Shown here: positions 36,052-45,730 of the stretch, piece after piece | Position numbering within the stretch: position 1 is the stretch's first letter | Layout: each line of letters begins with the position of its first letter | Source of the DNA: a virus | Direction: 5' to 3' (one strand) | DNA: 64,000 nt | Virus record (IMG/VR): IMGVR_UViG_3300036886_000243 | Span: 27,509-91,508 of that record | Translations under genes and position numbers: made by a program | The notes under the pieces: model-generated | Seen by the model: only the letters and a program-made list of their open reading frames with translations | What the model was told of the DNA's origin: nothing | Databases searched by the model: none

Positions 36052-36435
36052 ATGGCAATACTAAAGAAATATCAACTGAGTGGTCCAGAAATTAAACACT
36101 ATTTATTAAGAAAGGCGTGGGTAATTGATGACGAGTGGATACAACCAGAATTGATGGACCTTCTTAAAGAAGAGGCAGCTAAGCTAGGCATATATGATAT
36201 GGATGAGAGTCCTCTCGGTGGATGGGAATACGAACCACATGGCGAAAAAATTCCAGCTTGGTTTGTTGGTTTCCACGGAACTGATAGTAAAATTGCTCAA
36301 CAGCAAAAAGAAATATTAGTTAAGGATAAAAACTCAAAACTTGATCCTGATGAATTCGGGATGGCTTTCATATATTTCTATTTTAATTTGAAGAACGGTC
36401 GTCTATACAAAGTAGAATCTGAGTCCGTTCAATAA
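36052..36435 (+). CDS. hypothetical protein
   Basis: ORF track. Confidence 0.7.
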   Translation: MAILKKYQLSGPEIKHYLLRKAWVIDDEWIQPELMDLLKEEAAKLGIYDMDESPLGGWEYEPHGEKIPAWFVGFHGTDSKIAQQQKEILVKDKNSKLDPDEFGMAFIYFYFNLKNGRLYKVESESVQ

Positions 36436-36462
36436 TTTTTAACAAGACATAGGATTGGTTTT

Positions 36463-37401
36463 ATGAAAAAAGTAGCACTTGTTTATAGCGCCGTGCCTGA
36501 GAGCGCTCCTATAGACGAACAAGACACATTAATTCAAGCAAACTTTATAAGACCAGCTATCTCTAAGTTGGGCTTTGAAGTAACAGACATTCCCATCACA
36601 GATTTAAGAATTGCTGAAAAGCAATTCAAAGAAGTTAAGCCAGATGTAGTTTTCAATCTAGCTGAGAGTATAAACGGTAAAGGGAAGCTCGTTCATTTGA
36701 TTCCTAATATGTTAGATACTTTAAGAATCCCTTACACTGGATCTTCTGCTAAAGCTTTATTCATAACTTCTAACAAAGTCCTCGCTAAGAAAATACTGAT
36801 GGCTAACAACCTCCCAACAGCTCCGCTCCTTAATGGACGTTTTGATCCGCCGTATATAGTTAAAGCTATTTGGGAACATGCATCTATAGGCATGACAGAT
36901 TCATCAGTAGTTTATACCGAAGAAGCTCTTAAGACAGAATTTCAAAAGAGACGCGCAGAAGAGCTCTTTGTAGAAAAATTTATTGATGGTAGAGAGATGA
37001 ACATAACTATGTTGAGTCAAGGTAAAGACATTCTGATATTACCAACACGTGAAATGGTGTTTAAAAAGTTCCCCGATGATAAGCCGCGTATAGTAGGTTA
37101 TGACGCTAAGTGGTTGACTGAATCTTTTGAGTATGTTAACACCTCGCTAAAATTTAGATTCCGAAATGCTGAAGCCGAGTTGATTGAAAACCTCATAGAC
37201 ATCAGCAAAAAGTGTTGGGACATTTTCGAGCTGAAAGGTTATGTACGAGTTGATTTTAGAATAGATAAAGACAACAAACCTCACGTTTTAGAAATTAATG
37301 CTAATCCTTGTTTAGCACCTGATGCTGGTTATATGATAGCTGCTAAAAGAATAGGACTCACAATACAAGATATCGTTCAATGTATAATAGAAGCTGCATA
37401 A
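36463..37401 (+). CDS. ATP-grasp D-Ala-D-Ala ligase-like protein
   Basis: VVFNLAE, IPYTGS, VKAIWEHASIG, EKFIDGRE, RVDFR, EINANP. Confidence 0.9.
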   Translation: MKKVALVYSAVPESAPIDEQDTLIQANFIRPAISKLGFEVTDIPITDLRIAEKQFKEVKPDVVFNLAESINGKGKLVHLIPNMLDTLRIPYTGSSAKALFITSNKVLAKKILMANNLPTAPLLNGRFDPPYIVKAIWEHASIGMTDSSVVYTEEALKTEFQKRRAEELFVEKFIDGREMNITMLSQGKDILILPTREMVFKKFPDDKPRIVGYDAKWLTESFEYVNTSLKFRFRNAEAELIENLIDISKKCWDIFELKGYVRVDFRIDKDNKPHVLEINANPCLAPDAGYMIAAKRIGLTIQDIVQCIIEAA

Positions 37402-37410
37402 TTTTCTTAT

Positions 37411-38046
37411 ATGGACACGCATGCAACTTATTCTAAGATTAAGCGCGAAATAGATACACGGTTAGCTGAGTTTGCTCAATCAGCTAATAACGGTCAATCA
37501 ATCTTAACCGAAGCAGTCTTCTGTCTATGTACTCCGCAATCAGATGCACACAAATGCTGGAATGCCGCCATAGAAGTAATGCGACTTTTTCGGTCGAACT
37601 ATTTACCCTTAGATGTAGCGGAAAAAACTCTCAGGGAATATGGTGTCAGATTTCACAAAACAAAAGCCATGAGAATACATAAGCTCTTCTTCGATGACGA
37701 TAGTCTGGCAAAACTTTCACCGACTATTCTTGTGAGCATGTGTACGATCGTGGGCATCGCTAAGACTAGAGACTACTTGGCAGAGAGCATAAATGGCTGG
37801 GGTCTAAAAGAAGCTTCTCACTTCTTACGTAATATTGGGTTCAGCGATGACGTTTGTATTCTTGACAGACATATACTACGTAATCTACTTCGTCTTAAAA
37901 TAATCAACGAAATACCTAAGCTTAGTAAAAAGAAATATCACGAGATAGAACAGAAGATGATTAAATACGCTCACAAGATTAAAGTACCCGTAGCTGCTCT
38001 GGACTTAGTTTTTTGGTATAATGCAAAAGAGGAGATCTTTAAATGA
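37411..38046 (+). CDS. ogg: N-glycosylase/AP lyase (8-oxoguanine DNA glycosylase, Ogg2-type)
   Basis: FCLCTPQS, GVRFH..KA, GLKEASHFLRNIG, ILDRHIL, LDLVFW. Confidence 0.9.
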   Translation: MDTHATYSKIKREIDTRLAEFAQSANNGQSILTEAVFCLCTPQSDAHKCWNAAIEVMRLFRSNYLPLDVAEKTLREYGVRFHKTKAMRIHKLFFDDDSLAKLSPTILVSMCTIVGIAKTRDYLAESINGWGLKEASHFLRNIGFSDDVCILDRHILRNLLRLKIINEIPKLSKKKYHEIEQKMIKYAHKIKVPVAALDLVFWYNAKEEIFK

Positions 38047-38061
38047 AGCTTAGAATAGGCC

Positions 38062-38571
38062 ATGACGAAAAACATGGTTATTGGGTTGAGCAAAAGTGGT
38101 GCTAACAATCCCATGTTTGGTAAGCCTTCGCCAAACGGCTCAGGTAATGGTTGGTCAGGCTGGTATAAAGGTTGGTTTTTTAGAAGTCTGAGAGAGTTAT
38201 CATTTATGATAAACTTTATAGAAAAAAACGGTATGAAATGGGTGAGCGCTGAGTCCAAAAAATATGCCATTCAATATCAAGATTATAAACACAATAAGAG
38301 AAATTATTTTGCTGATTTTATGTTAAACGATGTTGAGTTAATTGAAGTAAAACCTTATAAGTTACTAAAATCAAAGATTATACAAATAAAATCAGAAGCT
38401 GCTAAAATTTGGTGTGCTGAGCGTAATTTCTCATACAGAATAATGACTGATAAGGATTTCGAAGTTCTAACTGATAAAGAAGTTAATTTTTTAATAGAAA
38501 GCGGTAAAATAAAGTTTACAGATAGGTATATGGAGAAATATAATGCAAGACTTGCAAAAATTCAAAAATAA
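38062..38571 (+). CDS. NUMOD3 plus TnsA-like PD-(D/E)xK endonuclease (free-standing HEG-like)
   Basis: GANNPMFGK; FRSLRE...YFADF...IEVKP. Confidence 0.75.
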   Translation: MTKNMVIGLSKSGANNPMFGKPSPNGSGNGWSGWYKGWFFRSLRELSFMINFIEKNGMKWVSAESKKYAIQYQDYKHNKRNYFADFMLNDVELIEVKPYKLLKSKIIQIKSEAAKIWCAERNFSYRIMTDKDFEVLTDKEVNFLIESGKIKFTDRYMEKYNARLAKIQK

Positions 38572-39190
38572 ATTAATAGTTTTAGAGGGCCAAGACAATA
38601 CTTCAAAAACGACAGTTGCTCAGCTTCTAGTTAATAGGCTTAACGACAACAGTATACCAAGCATTTTCACATTCCAGCCCGGTGATTCTAATTATGGAAT
38701 ACTAGCACCGATCATGAGATCACTTTGTAAAGATAAGAGGTGGTGTTTACATCCTCTATCAAACATGTACGCTTTTTACCTTGATCGTGTAGAGCAAATG
38801 GATAAAGTAATAATACCAGCCCTTAATGAAGGTAAGACTGTAGTATCAGACCGGTGGTGGTACTCTACTTGGGCATATCAATACTCTGGTAAGCAGATCA
38901 CAGAAACTTATAAAATGCCACAATCAGTAGCCGATTGGTTTAGCGTTAGCTCAGAGCTAGACCATACACCCGATATTGTGTATTATTTTCCTGAGAAGAT
39001 CAAGAAACCAATGGGCGAACGGAAAAGCGACAGTGGTAAGAACGATCTATTTGAAACAGCTGGCTCATCCTTTGAAGATCGTGTTCATGAAGCCTATGAG
39101 CAATTAGCCCAAAAACTAAACTTCAAACGTGTGTATCCGGCGGCTACTCCAGAAGCAACTTTAGAGAACCTAATCAATATAGGTTTTTAA
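38543..39190 (+). CDS. tmk: thymidylate (dTMP) kinase
   Basis: IVLEGQDNTSKTT P-loop; VVSDRWWYS. Confidence 0.85.
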   Translation: MQDLQKFKNKLIVLEGQDNTSKTTVAQLLVNRLNDNSIPSIFTFQPGDSNYGILAPIMRSLCKDKRWCLHPLSNMYAFYLDRVEQMDKVIIPALNEGKTVVSDRWWYSTWAYQYSGKQITETYKMPQSVADWFSVSSELDHTPDIVYYFPEKIKKPMGERKSDSGKNDLFETAGSSFEDRVHEAYEQLAQKLNFKRVYPAATPEATLENLINIGF

Positions 39191-39196
39191 CCGCTC

Positions 39197-39203
39197 AAGA
39201 TAA
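39197..39203 (+). promoter_or_regulatory. AAGATAA putative late promoter, leaderless geometry
   Basis: 4 nt before ATG 39208. Confidence 0.6.
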
Positions 39204-39207
39204 TTCC

Positions 39208-39600
39208 ATGAAGCTCTTTGAAGCACTGGAACATAAGAAAATAGCATATAAAGGCTCACGGCCAAATTATAAAATCCATGATGGACACCCTAATGTTTTA
39301 ATCATAGACCCTGATTATTCGTATGATGGCCACGGTAAATCTATTCTTGGAATGAATCTAAACTATTTAGACCAACTAACCGAGAAACAAAAGAAACAGC
39401 TAATAGCCAAAGTCAACAAAATAGATGCTACAGTTATTAATATGGGTGCTATAAAAACATGGTTACGCACGTTATTTAACCGTGGTGACTATGACGGCTT
39501 AACTGTAGACAAGAAAATAGAACGCTATAGGAAAATGGTCAAGAATTTCCCAGAGTTAAAGAAAGTTATTAGGCGTTACAAATACTCGGCAATTGTATGA
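39208..39600 (+). CDS. T4 gp2-like DNA end protector-like protein with MKLFEALE N-terminus
   Basis: D..P.VL...ILGMNLNYL...IRRYK resembles gp2 family motifs. Confidence 0.55.
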   Translation: MKLFEALEHKKIAYKGSRPNYKIHDGHPNVLIIDPDYSYDGHGKSILGMNLNYLDQLTEKQKKQLIAKVNKIDATVINMGAIKTWLRTLFNRGDYDGLTVDKKIERYRKMVKNFPELKKVIRRYKYSAIV

Positions 39601-39834
39601 GAGTCAATAAAAACGACATTTTGTACTTTGACAGCAACAGTTATGAAAAATGGATGCTTGGTGATTTAAGTGTATGGCATCATTATCGATAAAATATCAT
39701 ATAACGTAATTCCAAGATTAATTGATAACCCAACTCCTGGAGATATAGCTAGTGTAGTGAACAAGTACAAGCTAATCAAATTAATTAACGACAGGGATGA
39801 CCTAAAGAGAAATTTTGTGAAGAGTATCTTATGA
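39597..39834 (+). pseudogene. frameshifted member of C-terminal helix family (KRNFVKSIL)
   Basis: ATG 39597 frame reads MRVNKNDILYF...GDL; +1 frame from 39670 reads VYGIIIDK...KRNFVKSIL*; ATGA overlaps at both ends. Confidence 0.55.
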
Positions 39835-40052
39835 TCACGTTTGCACAATCAGAATCGCATGATTATAAGAGATGGACAATTAATGAATCGATAGTCATTT
39901 TATATCTTACTTTTGAGGGCGAAAAAAGATTAGAGATACTTCAACGGAGTAGCTTCGCCGACTTGAGGGACTTACCCATTTATTACCAAAAAGATTTTAG
40001 AGATCTTATTTCGAGTATATTCAAAGCCGAGGCAATAGTTAAAAAGATATGA
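39831..40052 (+). CDS. C-terminal helix family protein (RDLISSIF)
   Basis: Motif; ATGA-coupled. Confidence 0.65.
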   Translation: MITFAQSESHDYKRWTINESIVILYLTFEGEKRLEILQRSSFADLRDLPIYYQKDFRDLISSIFKAEAIVKKI

Positions 40053-40297
40053 TGTGGCGACAGTACAAAGATTTATCTCTCTATTATCTTATAGTTAAAC
40101 CTCAATGGGCTTTCATAGTGGATATGCCACAAGTCCATATTAGTTTTGATGGTTGGAGTGAAGGTGGCTGGGAAGATCTCCTCACTAAAACTGAACCGAT
40201 CAAGAAAATAGATCCACCTCAAAGTTGGACTCTTAGCGACTTAGGTAAATTTGTGATAATGTCAATCTTCGGGGAAAAGGAATTCATACATGAATGA
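40049..40297 (+). CDS. C-terminal helix family protein (KFVIMSIF)
   Basis: Motif; ATGA-coupled. Confidence 0.65.
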   Translation: MMWRQYKDLSLYYLIVKPQWAFIVDMPQVHISFDGWSEGGWEDLLTKTEPIKKIDPPQSWTLSDLGKFVIMSIFGEKEFIHE

Positions 40298-41306
40298 AGG
40301 ATTAGATTTTATAAAGGGTAGCGGCATCAAAGTAAAAGACGATGCAAAAGCGAAAGAAGAATTGAATAGTTGGTACGGCGTCGATGAATCTATTCTCGAT
40401 GTAGAGAAGAAAGAACTAAACCCTGAAATATGGAAGGATAAGAAACTCAAAAAAGATATCGTTGAACAGCTGATGACCATAATTAGAAAGATCTTGAAGG
40501 ATAGTAACATAGAAGAAGATAGGTTAACAGCAGCTTTTCTTGAAGGTTCAAACTTAACATACTACTACACCAAATATTCTGACATAGACGCCCACATGTA
40601 TATTGACGACATTAAAGACGAAGAGAAGGAAATCATAGACTCAAAGATTTACGACTTCAATAAAGAGACTGTTTTCGTAAAGGGTACAAAAAACAATATC
40701 GAACTTTATCTAATGGATGCGACTCAGAAGAAGAGAACTAATGGCCCACGCTATGACTTGATAGAAGACGAATGGGTAAAACCTCCAAACCGAATTAAGA
40801 TGCCTGCCGAAATGTATAAAGCTGCAGTTGAGATATCTATGACGTTTGCTAGAGATCTAGATTTAGCATTCGGCGAAATAAAACGAGATATCATAGAGTA
40901 TATGGTTCTAACTAAAGAACTCGAAGACGTTCTCAACATCGACATAAAAGAACTCGAAGATACTAGAAAAATGAAAGTAGAAGGACTCAAGGCTGATCTT
41001 GAGGCTTTAATCATAAAAGAAGAAAACATAAAAGCTATGAGACGTAAGGCCTTTATGGAAGACTACATTCCTAAGGATGAAACATTATACCACATTCCAA
41101 TAGGCGAAGGTGATAGATCTTACACACTACTCAACATGATATTTAAGATCCTACAAAGATTCGGTTACGTAGATTCTTTAAAAAAACTAAAGTACGACGT
41201 CTATAACAAGGCTATCGAGAACAAAGACTTTGACGGTAATATAGACTTTTACATTAAACGTATTATAGAAGTATTGAAGATTTTTAACAAATTAGATGAA
41301 ACTTGA
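40290..41306 (+). CDS. Pol-beta-superfamily nucleotidyltransferase
   Basis: EGSNLTYYYTKYSDIDAH, third acidic strand IELY, YDL..DEWVK.P. Confidence 0.8.
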   Translation: MNEGLDFIKGSGIKVKDDAKAKEELNSWYGVDESILDVEKKELNPEIWKDKKLKKDIVEQLMTIIRKILKDSNIEEDRLTAAFLEGSNLTYYYTKYSDIDAHMYIDDIKDEEKEIIDSKIYDFNKETVFVKGTKNNIELYLMDATQKKRTNGPRYDLIEDEWVKPPNRIKMPAEMYKAAVEISMTFARDLDLAFGEIKRDIIEYMVLTKELEDVLNIDIKELEDTRKMKVEGLKADLEALIIKEENIKAMRRKAFMEDYIPKDETLYHIPIGEGDRSYTLLNMIFKILQRFGYVDSLKKLKYDVYNKAIENKDFDGNIDFYIKRIIEVLKIFNKLDET

Positions 41307-41565
41307 ACCTCCATATAAACAATACGAGGGAATGTGGCTAAGCGGCACAAGTAATTCCCCGTTCTATTTTGTGGCTAAATTTCTTCATAGCGAAATACCA
41401 AAGGGCTATACTATGCCCGTAATAGAATTTTTAGTTGTATCAAAAGGAGATGGAGCCAGTCATTTGAGCTGGTTTCCTGAACCATCAGAGATATACAAAT
41501 TTGAAAGTGAAGAAAAACATCGTGCCGTTATAAGAAACGTATTCGAAAAGAAGAACGAAAACTAA
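41296..41565 (+). CDS. C-terminal helix family protein (RAVIRNVF)
   Basis: Motif. Confidence 0.7.
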   Translation: MKLEPPYKQYEGMWLSGTSNSPFYFVAKFLHSEIPKGYTMPVIEFLVVSKGDGASHLSWFPEPSEIYKFESEEKHRAVIRNVFEKKNEN

Positions 41566-41804
41566 TGTACTTCCAACTCAAAAACTTCATTTTTAATGTG
41601 ACTGCTAGCAGTCAGCGATACCCGCGCCGATGTATCGGCATAAACGTTGTTAAACGTAAAGATGAAGCGTGGTTGTACCTTAAGGCGATATGGGGCCAAG
41701 GAAATTTTATAGAACATGCCATACCTAAAACAACTTTAGACGAATGGGAATCTTGGGTACCAAGAGTAGTCGTAAAGAGTTTATTTAAATACAAGACAAG
41801 CTAA
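41565..41804 (+). CDS. C-terminal helix family protein (RVVVKSLF)
   Basis: Motif; TAATG-coupled. Confidence 0.7.
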   Translation: MYFQLKNFIFNVTASSQRYPRRCIGINVVKRKDEAWLYLKAIWGQGNFIEHAIPKTTLDEWESWVPRVVVKSLFKYKTS

Positions 41805-41809
41805 CTAAT

Positions 41810-42223
41810 ATGAACCTATACAAACTAATGAAGACTAATCTTTTCGAACAAGACGAGTTCGAAAAGGCAGAACTTACTACATATAACGAAGATGACATTA
41901 AGGATGCTCTTTCTGCTGAAAGGCCAGAAATTGAACTCAAAAGAGTTTTCGGGATGAGTTTCTGGCCCAAGGTTGAAAGGTATCTACAAAATGAGCTCAA
42001 AGTCGTCAAGCTAGACAAAGAAGATAAGAATGTAATAGGCGGCGAACTTAAAGCTAGGTTGAGCATCTTCTTAGAAAGAGATACACCTCGATTTGAAGAA
42101 AACCTAAAAGCTATGACTAGAGGTATAGTAAATTCTTATAAAAAATGGAGTGAAATGCAAAATAAGAGCATGGATCTACCAGATGATAATGTAATGAAAG
42201 GGGGCCAATATGGCAGAGAATAA
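41810..42223 (+). CDS. putative internal head protein (MNLYKLMKTNLFE)
   Basis: AAGCTAA variant motif 5 nt upstream; LFE. Confidence 0.65.
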   Translation: MNLYKLMKTNLFEQDEFEKAELTTYNEDDIKDALSAERPEIELKRVFGMSFWPKVERYLQNELKVVKLDKEDKNVIGGELKARLSIFLERDTPRFEENLKAMTRGIVNSYKKWSEMQNKSMDLPDDNVMKGGQYGRE

Positions 42224-42359
42224 AGACAAAGATTTGGATCAAATGGCAAAGCAATTTGAAAAAGTCACGGGTATGAAAGTAATTCAGTCGCCTATCCCAC
42301 CAGATGGGAAAACCACATACGCCAAAGATGATCCGCAATACAAAGGAAAGCAATAACAC

Positions 42360-43229
42360 ATGGATGTAGCCGCTATCATAACGCTATTATCAGCACTTAT
42401 TGGTGCTATTGGGTTATGGAATATAGTTCTGATAGCCATCATAATACTCACAGTATTTAATGCGCCTACTATTATAAATCAAATACTAAGAACACGAGAA
42501 CGTAGGTTAGACAAAAAGACAAAAAGCATGACAACGGAAGAAAATATTCTAACAATCCTATTGGATAGACTAGAAAAATTACAAAATACAGCTGAATCTA
42601 ATAATGACGCAATAATAACTAACAAAGTCAAATTAGATGAGCAACACGAAATAACTAAACTACACTTAGATGAACAGCACGAGGAAAGTGTAGCAATGGG
42701 TGTCGTGCTGAGTAAAATTTTAAATGCCATAGCATCTATAGATAGTGCAATGCGCCACGTTATTAGTGGCAGAGATGCGGTAGCGTTAGTAAGTATAAAA
42801 TTAGGCGTAGTTGAAAACCTTAAAAACAACATCTTGAGGCAAATAGCATGGACCATTGAATCTAACCCTGGACGACGAAATGGACAACTAAAGGCCGATT
42901 TAAGAAATGACCTAGATAATATATGGGTTGATTTTAAAAACGAATTCAAAGAATTTAAGATGCCTGTAGATATAAAAGAATTGATGAACTCTTTCGATAA
43001 TGATCTGTGGTCTGAGAGTGGCATGTTTACTTTAATAATAGATCTTGCAACTTCAGAACTCACTGGTGATAGGCGAAATGAGGCTATCTCTAGATTAATT
43101 GATTTAGAGACTAGAAAAATTCAGGCCAAAATAAGTACTTATTTAGAACAACTAGATAAGGATTGGAGTGGACAATATGGAATCTACAATTGGAAAGACG
43201 GCGACCAAAATGAGCGAAAGTATGACTAA
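42360..43229 (+). CDS. N-terminally membrane-anchored coiled-coil protein (holin-like?)
   Basis: Hydrophobic residues 1-35. Confidence 0.65.
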   Translation: MDVAAIITLLSALIGAIGLWNIVLIAIIILTVFNAPTIINQILRTRERRLDKKTKSMTTEENILTILLDRLEKLQNTAESNNDAIITNKVKLDEQHEITKLHLDEQHEESVAMGVVLSKILNAIASIDSAMRHVISGRDAVALVSIKLGVVENLKNNILRQIAWTIESNPGRRNGQLKADLRNDLDNIWVDFKNEFKEFKMPVDIKELMNSFDNDLWSESGMFTLIIDLATSELTGDRRNEAISRLIDLETRKIQAKISTYLEQLDKDWSGQYGIYNWKDGDQNERKYD

Positions 43230-43377
43230 TGAAAAAATGGATCATTCTAGCCTAATTAGAAAGCTTGATCTTTTAGGTAAATTCGCTGATGATTTGGCTC
43301 GCCGAATTAAATCAGAAAAAACTAAACAATTTCGCATAGATAGTTAATAATATATCCCAATTTAAAAAGGAGCTCAT

Positions 43378-43812
43378 ATGAAAGTTGAACTTACAATAGC
43401 GGAAAGAATACTGCTTAGTCGAGTAATCAATATCGTAATCGATCACGCAACTCTAAAGGAACATATTTTACTTGAGCAGATATATGATCTTCTGAAATTA
43501 GAAGATGTTAAGTATCCTCAGGTAACAGATTTTATAAAGCCTGAAGAGGTTGAGCTATTTAATACATACAATGGCAAAAAGATTGATGAAATTGAAAATG
43601 AAGAGCATAGAAAAGTAATCAGCGAAGCAATGCAAAGACAGAGGATCGAGGAAGCAAGGATATGGTCAAATAGGGATGAAAATCTCTACGCGACTGTTAT
43701 CTCGCAAGATCAGCTTGATTTAATCAAGAGATTCTTCGAGCAGGATAAGAGAGAGTATGACCGCAACACGCACTTAGCTATTGTTTCCTTGCACAAGAAG
43801 CTATTTAATTAA
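43378..43812 (+). CDS. hypothetical protein
   Basis: AAGGAG RBS. Confidence 0.75.
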   Translation: MKVELTIAERILLSRVINIVIDHATLKEHILLEQIYDLLKLEDVKYPQVTDFIKPEEVELFNTYNGKKIDEIENEEHRKVISEAMQRQRIEEARIWSNRDENLYATVISQDQLDLIKRFFEQDKREYDRNTHLAIVSLHKKLFN

Positions 43813-43913
43813 AAAGTAACAAATCCTATTTTTGAAGGTGGTGGTTTATCTTTGAGGTTGATAAATTTAAATTCTTGAGGGAGTTAGGTCAATCTCTCTT
43901 TCACAACTTACCT

Positions 43914-43946
43914 AGCTGAAAGCTTCTATTAGCTTTCAGCTTTTTT
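43914..43946 (+). terminator. intrinsic terminator
   Basis: AGCTGAAAGCT-tctatt-AGCTTTCAGCT then T-run. Confidence 0.85.
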
Positions 43947-43958
43947 GTGTGTGACAAC

Positions 43959-43965
43959 AAGATAA
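43959..43965 (+). promoter_or_regulatory. AAGATAA putative late promoter
   Basis: Directly after terminator; GAGGT RBS, ATG 43981. Confidence 0.65.
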
Positions 43966-43980
43966 TTCTGAGGTGTATTT

Positions 43981-44310
43981 ATGAGACTATCGACCGAAGG
44001 TAAAATTCCAGAAGCAGAGTACACAAAGACTAATTCGATCTATTCTTCAATGCGTCTTGTATTTATTAAAGTAGTAAAATTTTGGATTGTGCTTTCCACT
44101 ATTATAGTTATATCAATTGTAGGTTGTGCGATAGCAAGCGTATTCACACCAAAACCCATAGAATTACCTGTGACTGCTTTACTCGGCGTAATTGGGACTA
44201 TCGGCGTAGTTGCATTTGGCGGTAAGGCAGCTCAATCATTTTCTGAACCCGATGCGCTTGAAATAGATACCATGAAAGTTGATGGAACAAAAAAAGAGGG
44301 AAGTAGTTAA
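43981..44310 (+). CDS. 2-TM holin-like membrane protein
   Basis: SSMRL...two TM...GGKAAQSFSE. Confidence 0.6.
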   Translation: MRLSTEGKIPEAEYTKTNSIYSSMRLVFIKVVKFWIVLSTIIVISIVGCAIASVFTPKPIELPVTALLGVIGTIGVVAFGGKAAQSFSEPDALEIDTMKVDGTKKEGSS

Positions 44311-44624
44311 TGGCCCAAGAAGAACTTTGCAATCCGCTTACACAGAAAGATCTATTAGACAATGATATAGTCTACCCAGCTGAATTACCTAAAGTAGCTG
44401 ATGATATTCCCGCAAACGTATCTATTGGCGACGTAAAGGTTGATGGACCAATAGCTCCAGACGTAGTGATACTTGATCCCAAGTTGAGAAACATTTTACC
44501 AGATAAGGTTCCACTTAATACTAAATCACGAGCGCCATTACCTTCAGCGCCAGTAATAGGTAAGAGACATTTGAGTATTGTAGACTTCGGACCTCATCCT
44601 AATAAGGTCAACAATTACATATAA
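44310..44624 (+). CDS. Pro-rich hypothetical protein
   Basis: TAATG-coupled. Confidence 0.65.
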   Translation: MAQEELCNPLTQKDLLDNDIVYPAELPKVADDIPANVSIGDVKVDGPIAPDVVILDPKLRNILPDKVPLNTKSRAPLPSAPVIGKRHLSIVDFGPHPNKVNNYI

Positions 44625-44635
44625 AGAGGTTTTAG

Positions 44636-45151
44636 ATGAAAAAGTTAAATAAAGTTCTTGAAAATATATTGATGGAACAGCCTGAAGGAATTATACCCAG
44701 CATTCCAGAACTTGGTACTGGTTATGATATAGCAGTAGATTCTGAAACGAACATGCGCAAAGATGTATTAAGTCCAGCATACACGTATCATCCTAATATG
44801 GATTCTGATACTGAACCCGCCGATAAAATATTAATTCAGATCATAGATTATTTTATGAGAGGTGAATTCAGCAAAGCTAATATGCTTATTAAGAGTTGCC
44901 GAGATTTGAGAAACGGCACGTTCTTCTCTTGGTATCAAATGAATCAATTAATAGACTGGGTCAGAAATGTACACAAGTACACTAATATGGGTAGCCCCAA
45001 CGACTTAAGCAGAAACTATTATCAATATCAATGTGATAAAGACAAAGAGATATTGGGTGTTTCAGATTTAACTAAAGTACCAGTCGGAGAGGTTATGGTT
45101 GATAAATTTGTAAAAGATGTAGAAAACGTTTTGAGAAGGAATACAGATTAA
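44636..45151 (+). CDS. putative internal head protein (MKKLNKVLENILME)
   Basis: Capsid-targeting-like N-terminus. Confidence 0.7.
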   Translation: MKKLNKVLENILMEQPEGIIPSIPELGTGYDIAVDSETNMRKDVLSPAYTYHPNMDSDTEPADKILIQIIDYFMRGEFSKANMLIKSCRDLRNGTFFSWYQMNQLIDWVRNVHKYTNMGSPNDLSRNYYQYQCDKDKEILGVSDLTKVPVGEVMVDKFVKDVENVLRRNTD

Positions 45152-45173
45152 TAATATTTCATAGGGAGATAAT

Positions 45174-45692
45174 ATGAAGGAATATATTTTAAGTGATGCG
45201 TCAAGAGAGGAGTTTGAACCAGAAGAAAAAGTACAGGCACCTGAACCTTTTCATCTAATAATATCACATGAGCTTTATGCTGCTATTCGCAACAATCAGG
45301 GTTTAGCCCATGCGAATAATAATCTCATCGACAAAGATTTTGCCCAAGAGTTTGAACAATTTAAAAACTCATTCAAGACTTTTTTAGATTTGCTTAACAA
45401 GAAAGACAATTCAGCATTTTCAGTTTTGTCTAACATAATGAATATGTGGGGGTATGGCCGACGATATTGTGGACAATGTGGTAAACCAATAATAGGTAAA
45501 TCAGGTCACATTGAAAACAGATTAGTATGTAATAGTTGCAATGAATCCTATCGAATTACAAACGAACTTTACAAACGAGATACCAGTCCATACCGTGCTG
45601 CAAAAAAGAAATTTGACTATAATAAAACCCAGCCGGCAAAAACTACTAATAAGTCCGAAAACGCCGCACCGACAGCGAAGAACAACGCATAG
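45174..45692 (+). CDS. Zn-finger-containing hypothetical protein
   Basis: YCGQCG...VCNSC. Confidence 0.7.
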   Translation: MKEYILSDASREEFEPEEKVQAPEPFHLIISHELYAAIRNNQGLAHANNNLIDKDFAQEFEQFKNSFKTFLDLLNKKDNSAFSVLSNIMNMWGYGRRYCGQCGKPIIGKSGHIENRLVCNSCNESYRITNELYKRDTSPYRAAKKKFDYNKTQPAKTTNKSENAAPTAKNNA

Positions 45693-45730
45693 ATATAGAT
45701 GTCTCTGTTAATTATTAATAATGTGGAGGT

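Noticed and set aside
24835-45695. Possible GCATAG upstream motif (25203, 25735, 43334, 45687)
   Set aside because: Spacing to any -10-like box or start codon is inconsistent; cannot be separated from chance
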